Assembly: GCA_031372065.1 (NCBI GenBank)
Contig: JANMKN010000108.1
Location: 1 to 19,877 of the forward strand
Source: Abditibacteriaceae bacterium
GTDB lineage: Bacteria; Armatimonadota; Abditibacteriia; Abditibacteriales; Abditibacteriaceae
DNA: 19,877 nucleotides
Direction: 5' to 3'
The notes beneath the pieces are model-generated. The model saw nothing but the letters and a program-made list of their open reading frames with translations. It was not told where the DNA came from and made no database searches. Positions 7,424 to 17,197 of the stretch are shown here, piece by piece. The translations under genes and the position numbers were made by a program. The number at the start of each line of letters is the position of its first letter. The stretch's first letter is position 1.

Positions 7424-9163
7424 GTGACTAAAAACCCACGTTGGCTTTTACTCGTTGCTGCCCTACTCTTGTTTGGCACGTTGAATTATGCGCCTTTTTG
7501 GAATCCTGATGAAGGGCGATATGCGGCGGCGTCACTGGAAATGATAGGCGGCGTGCAAAACGGTCACGCCGATTGGGTGGTGCCCCATCTCAATACCATT
7601 CCGCGCTTAAACAAGCCGCCGCTGATTTACTGGCTGGCTGGCGGTGCATTCAAGCTATTCGGGCCATCCGAAGCGGCGGGACGCCTCGGCGCGGCAATAG
7701 CAGCTTTCGCAGTGTTGTTGATTCTCTGGACTTTGGGTCGTGCGATGTTCGACGAAAAGACAGGTATCGCGAGCGTCCTCATTTGGTCAACAGCCGCAGC
7801 ACCGGCGGCCATGGCGCACACTTGCAACACCGATATGTTGCTGGCGGGCAGCACGACAATTGTCCTGTGGGGTATCTGGCTGGCGATTGAAGATGATTCG
7901 GCGCGCTGGCGGGCTTATTATATTGCTGGCTTTGGCATGGGACTTTCGATGCTTGCCAAAGGGCCTGTAGGCGTCGCTTTGCCATTACTTATCGGATTTT
8001 TGTATATTGCATTTACAAAAAAATGGCAGCGCATTAATTGGTTAGGTTTCGTTATTGCCTTAATGATAACTGCGCTGATGTCTGCGCCTTGGTTTTTTGC
8101 GATAGAAAAAAGCCAGCCGGGATTTACCAAACATTTTCTCATCACCGAAAATCTGGGGCGTTTCGCCGGTGGCGAGGATTTTCACAAGAAAACACCATTT
8201 TGGTATTACATTCCTGTTGTAATCACGGGGCTGTTGCCGTGGACAGCGTTTTTAGGAACAGCCTTCGCTCGTTTGAAGTTATCAACAGACACAAAAGAAC
8301 GGCACGCGCAATGGTTTTTGTGGTTGTGGGCTTTAGTCATCATAGTCTTTTTCTCTAAGTCCAGCACCAAATTATTCACATACGTTTTGCCGGCTTTTCC
8401 CGCATTATGTTTGCTTTTAGCGCATGGCATTTTGCAATCGGTGAAAAGCATCAGAAAACCTGTCTTAATTGCTCTGTGGTTAATTGTCCTTGGCGCCATT
8501 GGCGGTTTGGCAGCCTTTCTTTTAGATGGAAAAACGTTGCCTCGCCATGAAGGAGCACTTTTCGTTCTCGCGATAAGCACTATTCTGATTGTGTCATCTT
8601 TAGCTATCACGCGATTTTGGCAACGTGACGAGATTTGGAAGGTAATTACGGCCCAATTTGCGGGCGCTGCAACGCTTTCGGTATGCTTATTCGTTTTCGC
8701 GGGCAAGTTGACTTTCTACGAAGACGCCTCGGCCATGTTTCGCGCTCTGGCACCTCACCTTACGAGTGATAGCAAAGTGATTCAAACCAGTTCATTTCAG
8801 CCAACAGCTATTTTCTACCTTGCGCGGCCTGTTTATTTCGTCAACTTCAATAATACATCAGGGTTGGAAGAAAACGCATTGAAAGCCTCCCCGCTTTTTC
8901 CAAAAGTTACATCGAAAGATGCCACAGGCACCAATTTGGATTTGAGTCGGTTTTTTCAGGACAAGTCACCCGTTTTTGTCATGCTACGTTGGCGTCGCGA
9001 TGATTATTCGGTGCCGGAGGGCACTTACACATGGGCACGCAATAACGATTATAAAATCGTGTCAAATCGCCCCTGTCCGAAGGATTTCCACTTCGATTAC
9101 ACTGCGCCGCGCAAAGCCGCCTTAGATACTAATCCTCTGCATGGTTTGCCGCCCGCGCCATGA
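7424..9163 (+). CDS. ArnT/PMT-like (GT-C) membrane glycosyltransferase
   Basis: PDEGRYA, VPHLN..PRLNKPPLIYW, LAKGPVG, PFWYY, KLFTYVLPAFP motifs, plus many transmembrane segments. Confidence 0.9.
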   Translation: MTKNPRWLLLVAALLLFGTLNYAPFWNPDEGRYAAASLEMIGGVQNGHADWVVPHLNTIPRLNKPPLIYWLAGGAFKLFGPSEAAGRLGAAIAAFAVLLILWTLGRAMFDEKTGIASVLIWSTAAAPAAMAHTCNTDMLLAGSTTIVLWGIWLAIEDDSARWRAYYIAGFGMGLSMLAKGPVGVALPLLIGFLYIAFTKKWQRINWLGFVIALMITALMSAPWFFAIEKSQPGFTKHFLITENLGRFAGGEDFHKKTPFWYYIPVVITGLLPWTAFLGTAFARLKLSTDTKERHAQWFLWLWALVIIVFFSKSSTKLFTYVLPAFPALCLLLAHGILQSVKSIRKPVLIALWLIVLGAIGGLAAFLLDGKTLPRHEGALFVLAISTILIVSSLAITRFWQRDEIWKVITAQFAGAATLSVCLFVFAGKLTFYEDASAMFRALAPHLTSDSKVIQTSSFQPTAIFYLARPVYFVNFNNTSGLEENALKASPLFPKVTSKDATGTNLDLSRFFQDKSPVFVMLRWRRDDYSVPEGTYTWARNNDYKIVSNRPCPKDFHFDYTAPRKAALDTNPLHGLPPAP

Positions 9164-10131
9164 ATAATTTGGTGAAATCTTGGCTGAAATCTCCTGCCGC
9201 TCGCTGGATTATTCGGTTGATTTTGGGCCTTGGCGTTGTCGTCTTCCTTTTGGCGCGAGCCAAACCAGAACATTTTTTGGGTGCTATCAGCAATATTTCG
9301 CCTCTGGTGCCCGTTGCTTCGGTGATGTTTTATTGGCTTTCACAATGTCTGAGCATTACTAAATGGCGAATGCTTTTGCAGGCGCGTGGCGCAGATTTTT
9401 CATATTTAGAGTGTGCCCGTCTCTACTTATTGGGAATGTTTTGCAGTTTGTTTTTGCCAACAACAATCGGCGGCGATGGTGTGCGCGCTCTGATTACAGG
9501 CCCGCGTTGTGGCGGAACAGCGGCGGCGGCATCTGCCATTTTAGTTGAACGCCTCACCGGATTAACAGCGCTGCTAACCATTGGCGCAGTTGGGATTGCT
9601 TTGTGGGGCACCAATTCATCATCGCTGGGAACTACCGTTTTACTGCGAATTTTCGGCGTCTTAGCGCTTGTTGCGCTGGCCTTTATCGTTCTGCGATTCA
9701 CCGCTTACCGTTTGGAAAATATAGTTACAGGCAGGACTAAAAAAATTGCAAGCAAATGGGCCGGCCTGCACCGCGAAATTGATTTCTACGCACAACGCGA
9801 ACGCTGGGCCACGCTGCTGATGGCTTTCTGCATTTCTTTTATTTTTCAAGCGGCGCAAGTAGCGATCAACATTTTTTTGGCACGCGCTGCCGGATTGCAA
9901 ACGCCCATCACAACGTTTCTGTGGCTGGTGCCCATGCTGTCTCTCACTTCCATGATTCCCATTGGAATTAGCGGTTTAGGCGTGCGCGAAGCCGCTGCGG
10001 TGGCGGCCTTGGGCAATCAAGCCCCACAAAGCACAATTTTGGCGTGGTCGCTGCTGTTACAAGCCACAGTTTGGTTAGCCAGTTTGCCCGGCAGTTTATT
10101 TCTTGGCGAATGGCGCCGCAGCCGTTTATAA
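9160..10131 (+). CDS. Lysylphosphatidylglycerol synthase TM-domain / flippase-like membrane protein
   Basis: LFLPTTIGGDGVR, ILVERLTG, IPIGISGLGVRE motifs. ATGA overlap with the upstream glycosyltransferase. Confidence 0.88.
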   Translation: MNNLVKSWLKSPAARWIIRLILGLGVVVFLLARAKPEHFLGAISNISPLVPVASVMFYWLSQCLSITKWRMLLQARGADFSYLECARLYLLGMFCSLFLPTTIGGDGVRALITGPRCGGTAAAASAILVERLTGLTALLTIGAVGIALWGTNSSSLGTTVLLRIFGVLALVALAFIVLRFTAYRLENIVTGRTKKIASKWAGLHREIDFYAQRERWATLLMAFCISFIFQAAQVAINIFLARAAGLQTPITTFLWLVPMLSLTSMIPIGISGLGVREAAAVAALGNQAPQSTILAWSLLLQATVWLASLPGSLFLGEWRRSRL

Positions 10132-10134
10132 AAC

Positions 10135-11841
10135 TCACCGATTGAGCCACAACAGTAAATCTTCACGCGATTTTGTGTTCAAAATGTCTTCTTTGCGGCA
10201 CCACGCGCGCCGTGCGGTCACAATTCCCAGCCGAACGTTATTGAGCATTCGGGTTGAATGCGCATCGGTGTTTATTGCCAGTATTACGCCGGCTTTACGC
10301 GCAGCGAAGGCGTTTTCATCGTTTAAATCCAAGCGCTCGCTACTGTTAATTTCCAAAGCTGTGTTCGTTTCACAGGCGGCCTCAATTAAAGCGGGAATAT
10401 TGACGGCATAACCGGGCCGCACGCCCAAAACGCGGCCTGTCGGATGCGCTACGATGTCCACAGCGGGATGCGACAAGGCTTTAATCATGCGCGCGGTTTG
10501 CGTGGCCTCATCTAAATTAAAACCAGAATGCACACTGGCAATGACGATGTCGAGTTCGTGCAAAATATCGTCGTCCAAGTCAAGCGTGCCGTCGCGCATA
10601 ATATCACACTCAATCCCGCGTAAGATTTTGACTTTTGGAAATTCGTTTTGCACTTCGGCGATTTCTATGGCTTGCTCGCGCAAACGCCGGGCATTCAAAC
10701 CGTTCGCCATTGCAAGAGCCTTGGAATGATCGGAAATGACGTGATATTCATAACCTCGCTCTTGTGCGGCTTCAACCATTTGCCATATCGTGTGCCGCCC
10801 GTCGCTCCATGTCGAATGCGCGTGCAACTCACCGCGAATGTCTTGTTGCTTGACCAAATCTGGCAAGCTACCTCGCATGGCAGCGAGCCATTCACCACGA
10901 TCTTCGCGCAATTCAGGTTCAATAAAAGGCACACCTAAAAACCGATAAATTTCGCGTTCCTCGGCACCGCCAACTCGCTGTTCATTTTCGAAAATTCCAT
11001 CGGGCCGCAGATCGAAGCCCAAATCGCCAGCACGTTTTTGCGCCTCGGCAAGATGCGCCGCTGATCCTGATTCAAAAAATAAGCGCGCTCCAAAATCATC
11101 ATGCGAAGCACATTTCAAATGAACTGCCACACCGTGACGAACACGGATAGTAGCGGAATTCGAATCCTGCTCCTCAATAACCAGCACTAATGGCAGATGA
11201 ATCAGCGATTCGATGGCATCATGAGGATTTTCTGTTTCGACCACGAGGTTTATATTGCCTGCCGTGTCGCAGCCGCGCCTAATGGAACCGGCAATGGCGA
11301 CGCGTTGGATGCCCGAAGAATTCGTCAAAGCATACGCTAAGGTGCCAGCCAAATTAAGTGCGTCGCTTAAAGGCAAACGGCGGCTCACTTGGGCCAGGCG
11401 CTCTAAGCCGGTTTGCAAATTTTTGATCGCGGCAGGCCCAAATCCGGCGATGCCTTTTAGACTATCATTTTCAATGGCGCCTTTTAAATCTTCAATGGAA
11501 GCAATTTGTGCTTCTTTGAACAGCGTGGCGACGCGCTTGGGGCCAAGTCCTGGAACGCGCAAAAGTTCAAATAATCCTTCGGGAAATTGTTCCCGGAAGC
11601 CTTCAAGCAATCGAACCTGACCTGTCGCAATAAATTCGCGGGCGATGGCCGAGGTTCCCTTCCCCAAGCCTTCAATCTTCTCCAGTTCACCTCGCTCGGC
11701 CACATCTTCGATAGCCTCGTCGTGATTTACCACAGACTCAGCAGCGCGTCGGAAGGCACGGATTTTAAAGGGATTATCGCCAGCCAGTTCGTGATAATCC
11801 GCTATACGGTCAAAAATTTCGGCTAAAGCAGCATTTTGCAT
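10135..11841 (-). CDS. polX: DNA polymerase X / PHP 3'-5' exonuclease (non-canonical polymerase active site)
   Basis: NPFKIRAFRRAA, HhH motifs IEGLGKG and VPGLGPKR, IEPELRED, and PHP motifs ELHAHSTWSDG, SDHS, AHPTGR, NTDAH. Confidence 0.94.
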   Translation of the reverse strand: MQNAALAEIFDRIADYHELAGDNPFKIRAFRRAAESVVNHDEAIEDVAERGELEKIEGLGKGTSAIAREFIATGQVRLLEGFREQFPEGLFELLRVPGLGPKRVATLFKEAQIASIEDLKGAIENDSLKGIAGFGPAAIKNLQTGLERLAQVSRRLPLSDALNLAGTLAYALTNSSGIQRVAIAGSIRRGCDTAGNINLVVETENPHDAIESLIHLPLVLVIEEQDSNSATIRVRHGVAVHLKCASHDDFGARLFFESGSAAHLAEAQKRAGDLGFDLRPDGIFENEQRVGGAEEREIYRFLGVPFIEPELREDRGEWLAAMRGSLPDLVKQQDIRGELHAHSTWSDGRHTIWQMVEAAQERGYEYHVISDHSKALAMANGLNARRLREQAIEIAEVQNEFPKVKILRGIECDIMRDGTLDLDDDILHELDIVIASVHSGFNLDEATQTARMIKALSHPAVDIVAHPTGRVLGVRPGYAVNIPALIEAACETNTALEINSSERLDLNDENAFAARKAGVILAINTDAHSTRMLNNVRLGIVTARRAWCRKEDILNTKSREDLLLWLNR

Positions 11842-11956
11842 TAATAATCAGTTCACTCCTTTCCGTTCTATGCGTCAAATTGATTTATTTAATCTGATTA
11901 TTGCTATCTGATTGTGTAAGTTTCATTGTCAGCATCAAGTTATCAGCACAAACCAA

Positions 11957-12997
11957 TTAAACCGGCCAGTCCAACTTTGCGTGCTTCAACTTTTCTGGTA
12001 GCATTGGCAAAACATCGTTGACAAAAGCACGGTAACATTCCTCATTCCAATAGCCAGCATTAACTTCGTCCGCCAAAACTTTTCTGGCCTGCTCATCATT
12101 CATGGCGGCACGCTGGTGTCGAGGCGAACGTAGTGCATCGTAAATGTGGGGAATGGCAAAAATCTGAGCCAAGCGAGGAATATCATCACCACTCTTTTGG
12201 TCGGGATAACCACTGCCATCAAGTCGCTCATGATGGCAGCGAATAATACCCAGTGCGGCACGCAGCCCGCTTACGGGTTGACACATTTGCCAACCACGCA
12301 GCGTATGGGCTTGCATCAACAGTGCTTCTTGCGGCGATAACAGCCCTTTTTTGCTGACAATTGCTCCGGGCACAACCGCCATACCAATATCATGCAGATA
12401 GGCTGCTTTTTCCAAGGAACCAAGCGCATAATCATCACATTGCAGAGCGGCGCCCAAATCAAAAGCCAATAAAGCAAGGCGTTGTCCGTGCTTTTCATTT
12501 GCTGGTAGCTGCTCTTCGATCCCACAAGCAACGAGTTGCAGAGACTTTATAGATAATTGACATTCCTGCCGATAGCGCTTCATGCGCAATAAATTGAGCA
12601 AGCGACCCGCTAAAGCCACCGAGCGGATTGGTTTCAAAATAATATCATCTGGTGCAAACGCATCATACTCGCGTTGCTCAATCGAAAAGTGTTCTTTGAA
12701 CACTTTTTCGCCTTCACTGGTATCCAGACTTAAATCCAACACTAATGCAACAAAAGTGGCATTGTGTTTCTCACTGGATTTGATGAAGTGACATAGCCGT
12801 GTTCCTCGCTGATCGGGAAGTCGAAACGCGCAGGCTACAATGTCAAAGAAGGATTTTTCCAGCAGTAAACCGGCTGTATGCGAGGAAGTTGCTGTTTCTA
12901 CGCGGTGCCCCAGTTTACGCAGCAATCCGGCGATGTCGTTGAGGAAATATTCGTCGGTGTCCACGACTAAAATGTCACCAGGCCGCTGTGCGCGCAT
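11957..12997 (-). CDS. Response regulator with receiver-like and HD-GYP domains (degenerate)
   Basis: ILVVD...KP receiver fold, LHDIG and HHERLDGSGYP. Start at ATG 12997 follows AAGGAG; the ORF track start at 13066 is probably too far upstream. Confidence 0.88.
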   Translation of the reverse strand: MRAQRPGDILVVDTDEYFLNDIAGLLRKLGHRVETATSSHTAGLLLEKSFFDIVACAFRLPDQRGTRLCHFIKSSEKHNATFVALVLDLSLDTSEGEKVFKEHFSIEQREYDAFAPDDIILKPIRSVALAGRLLNLLRMKRYRQECQLSIKSLQLVACGIEEQLPANEKHGQRLALLAFDLGAALQCDDYALGSLEKAAYLHDIGMAVVPGAIVSKKGLLSPQEALLMQAHTLRGWQMCQPVSGLRAALGIIRCHHERLDGSGYPDQKSGDDIPRLAQIFAIPHIYDALRSPRHQRAAMNDEQARKVLADEVNAGYWNEECYRAFVNDVLPMLPEKLKHAKLDWPV

Positions 12998-13098
12998 AGT
13001 TGTCTCCTTGAGCCACTCAGTTCTGCCGAAAGACAAAAAACTGCCCATCAAATGGACAGTTTGCAATACGAGAAGGGGAACTCTTAAGAGGAAATGAA

Positions 13099-13170
13099 TA
13101 GCGCCAAGGGGAGTCGAACCCCTCTTGCCAGATTGAAAATCTGGAGTCCTAACCGATAGACGATGGCGCC
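13099..13170 (-). tRNA. trnE: tRNA-Glu (anticodon TTC), CCA not encoded
   Basis: The minus strand reads ggcgccatcgtctatcggttaggactccagattttcaatctggcaagaggggttcgactccccttggcgcta. It has an acceptor stem, anticodon arm ccaga-ttTTCaa-tctgg and T-loop ggttcgactcc. Confidence 0.97.
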
Positions 13171-13203
13171 GAATTTTTGAACCAAAACGTTCCGGCCTGA
13201 AAA

Positions 13204-13232
13204 ATTATAGCGGGACAGCAGCGGCCTTGCAA
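13204..13232 (-). promoter_or_regulatory. Sigma70-type promoter of tRNA-Glu
   Basis: The minus strand has TTGCAA - 17 nt - TATAAT, ending 34 nt upstream of the tRNA 5' end. Confidence 0.85.
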
Positions 13233-13309
13233 GTGACAAATTTTCACTTTGCAAATAGGTGTTCAAACCAGATTTGCTTGCCCCCTCTTCCCTACTCGCC
13301 ACAATGCGG

Positions 13310-13339
13310 GCTACAAGAAACATTGTAGCTTCTTGTAGC
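13310..13339 (-). terminator. Hairpin downstream of the aldo-keto reductase, possible terminator
   Basis: gctacaagaa / ttcttgtagc 10-bp inverted repeat just after the stop codon. There is no clear U-tract. Confidence 0.4.
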
Positions 13340-13351
13340 TCTGAACGAGGC

Positions 13352-14407
13352 TTAGGCGGCAACTTTTAGTTGCTCTTCCCATGCTTCCAGAGTGTTCATT
13401 GGTTCGCCTTTGAAAGTGCCGATTTCTTCTTCGACGCCGAAGTTGATCATTTCCAGCTCAGAGATGCGCTGCAAATCTTCATCGGTTAAATCGGCTTTGT
13501 CTGGCGCAGCGGCGAATTCTTCGAGTTGCTGATAATCGTAGATGTTCGGCAAAACACTGGTCACACACGGTTCTGACAGGATAAATTTTATCGCTGCCTG
13601 CCCCAAAGCCATATTGCGACCTTCGGTGAGAAACTGAAGAGTTTCGATCTTCTGAAGGCCGTTGGTCAGCCACGATTTGGGCCGATGGCGGCGATGATCA
13701 CCAGCGGGAAAAGTTGTATCGGCTGTATACCGCCCTTCCAGCATACCGGACGAATGCGGAACACGCACTAATAGTCCAATTTCCTTTTCGCGGGCGTCGG
13801 GGAAAAAGGCATTGCCCGGATATTGTTCGAGCATATTGTAAATCACCTGCAAAACGGTGAATTTACGATGACGCATTGCGGCAATGCCTTCGGTGACCCA
13901 ACCATTGGCTGGGCCAAGTGCAACGCCATAATGCAGCACTTTGCCTTCATCCTTCAACTCTTCTAAAGTCGCCCACAAATCGTCATTTTGCACCGAATCC
14001 ATGCGGGCATTGTGAATTTGCCAAAGCGGAATGGCTTCCACACCGAGACGTTGCAAACTTTGCTCGCAAGCATAGCGAATAAACTCCGGCTCGAAGTTTT
14101 GCGGCAGTTCATTTTGGCCGCGCCGCGCTTCGGGAGGCTCGTTGTAAATGTCGTAGCCAAATTTAGTGGCGTAAACGACACCATCAGGATTGACGCCAAA
14201 GGCATCACGCAGCAGAGTTTCGCCACGTCCGTTGCCATAAGTGTTGGCAGTGTCGAAAAAAGTGATGCCCAATTCGCGCGCACGGCGCAGCATGGCAATG
14301 GCTTCGTCGTCGGTTTTCTCGCCCCACCAACTGGTGGCAACCGTCCACACGCCAAAGCCCACTTCGCTGACGGTCAAATCTGTGTTGGGAAATGTGCGGA
14401 ATTTCAT
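13352..14407 (-). CDS. Aldo/keto reductase family oxidoreductase
   Basis: [35 protein letters not shown]. The Asp/Tyr/Lys/His tetrad is present. Confidence 0.94.
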   Translation of the reverse strand: MKFRTFPNTDLTVSEVGFGVWTVATSWWGEKTDDEAIAMLRRARELGITFFDTANTYGNGRGETLLRDAFGVNPDGVVYATKFGYDIYNEPPEARRGQNELPQNFEPEFIRYACEQSLQRLGVEAIPLWQIHNARMDSVQNDDLWATLEELKDEGKVLHYGVALGPANGWVTEGIAAMRHRKFTVLQVIYNMLEQYPGNAFFPDAREKEIGLLVRVPHSSGMLEGRYTADTTFPAGDHRRHRPKSWLTNGLQKIETLQFLTEGRNMALGQAAIKFILSEPCVTSVLPNIYDYQQLEEFAAAPDKADLTDEDLQRISELEMINFGVEEEIGTFKGEPMNTLEAWEEQLKVAA

Positions 14408-14411
14408 AACG

Positions 14412-14475
14412 GTGGTCAGTGGTCAGTGGTCAGAAGACAGAAAACTGACTCCCGAACACCGACCACTGAAAACTG
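14412..14475. repeat. Heptamer tandem-repeat imperfect hairpin
   Basis: (gtggtca)x3 at 14412-14432, followed by complementary-type heptamers aaaactg actcccg aacaccg accactg aaaactg at 14441-14475. Confidence 0.7.
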
Positions 14476-14476
14476 C

Positions 14477-14620
14477 TTACTTCGCAGCGCCGATCTTGGA
14501 CATCCTCGTGCCGCAGACTGCGCAGATGCCTTTGGCGATGGGTTTGCCATTCTTCATCGTTTCCATCTTTACGTCTTTCATCTCACGCTTTTCCTTGCAC
14601 TTCATGCAGTGACCTTCCAT
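14477..14620 (-). CDS. 47-aa basic Zn-ribbon protein (DUF5679-like)
   Basis: MEGHCMKCKEKREMKDVKMETMKNGKPIAKGICAVCGTRMSKIGAAK has two CxxC motifs and a perfect SD TAAGGAGG. It is below the ORF-track length cut-off. Confidence 0.9.
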   Translation of the reverse strand: MEGHCMKCKEKREMKDVKMETMKNGKPIAKGICAVCGTRMSKIGAAK

Positions 14621-14644
14621 TTGATTGCCTCCTTAAAGCAAATT

Positions 14645-15064
14645 TTACAACGCGTCGCTTTCAAAGAATTCGACAATTTCGCCGTCGGGGCCTTTGATGA
14701 AAGCGATCTTGGTTTTTAGGCCCATCTGAGTGAACGGTTCGGGAACTTTCGGTTCCAGCGTCACTTCGGCACCAGCGCTACGAGCGATTTCGACAGCAGA
14801 ATCCACATCGTTGGCGCGTAATGCAAAGTGCAAAATTGAGGCACGATTGTCATCGGGGCCGTTTTCGATGGCATCGCGCTCAAAAATTTCCAAATAATTG
14901 CCATCGCCAGTATCCAACATGACTGCGCGGCGCGGCGCTTCGCCCCAAGTAATTTTCTGGTTAAAGCCGAGGCCTTGCGTGTAAAACTGCAGCGAGGCCT
15001 CCCAATTTGCCGTGCGAATTGCAACGTGGTGAAAGCTGCATCCAGAAATGAGATTGTTTTCCAT
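14645..15064 (-). CDS. VOC / glyoxalase family protein
   Basis: FHHVAIRT..SLQFY..GLGF, YLEIF, ILHFALR, AFIKGPDGEIVEF. Confidence 0.92.
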   Translation of the reverse strand: MENNLISGCSFHHVAIRTANWEASLQFYTQGLGFNQKITWGEAPRRAVMLDTGDGNYLEIFERDAIENGPDDNRASILHFALRANDVDSAVEIARSAGAEVTLEPKVPEPFTQMGLKTKIAFIKGPDGEIVEFFESDAL

Positions 15065-15067
15065 AAT

Positions 15068-16384
15068 TTAGGAATTAACTATCTGCTCCGCGCCGATAGT
15101 TTCGCCAGTGCCGACAGGAAGCGTGTCCGATTTTGCTTCGTGTTCGCCGTAAACCGCATGAGCCGCATCTACACCAATGCCGCGTTGGAACTTATGGCCC
15201 ATTTCCCACAAGATAGAATCCAACGCCCCTAACAACAGTTCAATGTTGTCCCGATGTGCCGAATAGCCCATGGTGCCAATGCGCCAGATTTTGCCTTTCC
15301 CATCGCCCAAGCCGCCACTGATTTCGATATTGTGATCTTTCAGCAAACGGGCACGCACCGCCACATCATCAATGCCTTCGGGAATTTTCACGGCATTAAG
15401 CTGCCACAAGCGGTGTCCTTCCTGCGCATAGGCAGCCAAGCCCATTTCCTGCAAGCCGGCCATCAAAGCGCGCGAATGTAATTCATGGCGTGCCCAGCGA
15501 TTTTCCAAGCCTTCGACCAAAACCATACGCGCCGCTTCATACAAGCCAAACAGGGCATTAGAGGGCGCGGTGTGATGATAAGCGCGCCCGCCGCCGGTAT
15601 CCCCCCAATAGGTTTCCACCAGCGACATATCCAAATACCAACTTTGCACCAAATTTCCGCGCGCATTGCGGTCACGGATTTTTTGCATGGCGTTGTCGCT
15701 GAACGTAATCGGCGACAGGCCCGGAGGCGCGCCGATGCACTTTTGCGTGCCGGAAAAGCAAGCATCTACCTGCCATTTGTCAATGAGGACGGGGCAGCCA
15801 CCCAAACTTGTCACCGCATCGGCCACGACGAGCGCGCCATAACGATGAGCGATTTGAATAATTTCATCAATCGGCTGCAAAATTCCCGTGGAAGTTTCGG
15901 CATGAACCACCGCAACCACTTTGGGCGCTTTCATGCCTTTGAGCGCGGTTTCAATCTGCTCCGGCTCAAAAATGCGGCCCCACGGCATTTCGATGGCCGT
16001 CACTTTGGCGCCCATACGCTCGGCCATTTGCTTCATGCGGTTGGAGAAATAGCCAAAGACGCAAACCAGAACTTCATCGCCGGGTTCAATGAGATTGCAA
16101 AGCGCGGCTTCCATACCAGCGGTGCCCGTGCCGGAAACCGCACCCGTAATGCGATTGTTGGTTTTAAAAACGCGACGCAGCATGACGCTGATGTCGCCCA
16201 TGATGGCAAGAAAAGCCGGATCAAGATGGCCGAGCGTATTGCGCCCCATAGCGCTTAAGGCTTCGGGATAAGACGCGGATGGCCCCGCGCCCATCAAAAC
16301 GCGCGGCGGAATGGAAATTTCTGGAAATTCACACGGCGAATGGGTAATGCTCCCGTATTCGGCGTGACCGTTTTTCGTAGACAT
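15068..16384 (-). CDS. Alanine-glyoxylate / serine-pyruvate aminotransferase (class V PLP enzyme)
   Basis: LMGAGPS, GHLDP, SGTGTAGMEA, VHAETSTG, DAVTSLGG, PLP lysine in GTQKC, YHHTAP, WRIGTMG. Confidence 0.94.
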   Translation of the reverse strand: MSTKNGHAEYGSITHSPCEFPEISIPPRVLMGAGPSASYPEALSAMGRNTLGHLDPAFLAIMGDISVMLRRVFKTNNRITGAVSGTGTAGMEAALCNLIEPGDEVLVCVFGYFSNRMKQMAERMGAKVTAIEMPWGRIFEPEQIETALKGMKAPKVVAVVHAETSTGILQPIDEIIQIAHRYGALVVADAVTSLGGCPVLIDKWQVDACFSGTQKCIGAPPGLSPITFSDNAMQKIRDRNARGNLVQSWYLDMSLVETYWGDTGGGRAYHHTAPSNALFGLYEAARMVLVEGLENRWARHELHSRALMAGLQEMGLAAYAQEGHRLWQLNAVKIPEGIDDVAVRARLLKDHNIEISGGLGDGKGKIWRIGTMGYSAHRDNIELLLGALDSILWEMGHKFQRGIGVDAAHAVYGEHEAKSDTLPVGTGETIGAEQIVNS

Positions 16385-16535
16385 CGCTGATAACTTGGTG
16401 TAACACCTGCTCCTTTGCGGACGCCGCTCAGTATAGCAGCGCTCTGACTCAAAAATCCCACAAAAATTGTTATAAGTTGAAAGAACCGCCCTGCAAGCCT
16501 ACACTTTCGGGAATTAAAGGAGACGGAATTTATTC

Positions 16536-17003
16536 ATGGCAGCAATTGGACAAACCTTAACGCGCGAAAGTTATGACAGGCTTTCGAGCGAATTAAACGA
16601 ACTAAAAAAACAACGCGCTGAGGTCTCAGACGAAATTCGCGAAGCCCGCGAACAAGGCGATTTGCGCGAGAATTTTGCCTATCACGACGCCAAAAATCGT
16701 CAGGGAATGCTGGAAGCGCGCATTTCCTTACTGGAATCGCGCCTTGATGATGCCACTGTGCTGGAAGCAGGTGCCACTCTGGAACAAGTTGCCATAGGCA
16801 CTTCTGTTACAGTGAAACGCGGCAACGAAGATCGCGAGCGAATTTATGTCATTGTCACCGAGGACGAACTTGATTCCGTTGATCACGGCGCCACCGCCGA
16901 TTCGCCGATTGGCAGCGCTCTGATGGGCCAGCGCGTCGGGCAAACCGTCAAGGTCGAAGGGCCAAACGGCCCAATCAATTTTGAAATTCTCAAAATTAGC
17001 TAA
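16536..17003 (+). CDS. greA: Transcription elongation factor GreA
   Basis: LTRESYDRL..EL, EAREQGDLRENFAYHDAK, SPIGSALMG. SD AAGGGAG upstream. Confidence 0.95.
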   Translation: MAAIGQTLTRESYDRLSSELNELKKQRAEVSDEIREAREQGDLRENFAYHDAKNRQGMLEARISLLESRLDDATVLEAGATLEQVAIGTSVTVKRGNEDRERIYVIVTEDELDSVDHGATADSPIGSALMGQRVGQTVKVEGPNGPINFEILKIS

Positions 17004-17024
17004 AGCATAAGCAGCGCGGTTACC

Positions 17025-17078
17025 AAGCGAGGTCATGGGTTGCTGAGATAGCAAAAACAGCCCTTGGCCTCGCTTTTT
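17025..17078 (+). terminator. Intrinsic terminator after greA
   Basis: Long stem aagcgaggtcatgggttg / cagcccttggcctcgctt with G-U pairs, ending in a T run. Confidence 0.7.
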
Positions 17079-17197
17079 CAATACGCCATTTCATCTGACC
17101 ACAAAGCGGCTCTGCTTTCTCATGGCGTCAGGACGCTACCTTTGTTAAAATCGGCAATCGGTTTAAGCGACGTTTAAACACAGGAGACGTGTTTTTT

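Noticed and set aside
13099..13170. tRNA-Glu as an integration site for an island
   Set aside because: No duplicated tRNA 3' end and no integrase were seen in the window.
13084..13362. 92-aa ORF in the track
   Set aside because: It overlaps the tRNA-Glu gene and its promoter, so it is spurious.
13988..16258. Long antisense ORFs (13988-14719, 15485-16258; likewise 6783-7412 and 17594-18121)
   Set aside because: They lie opposite well-supported genes and lack motifs. Such ORFs are a common by-product of codon bias.
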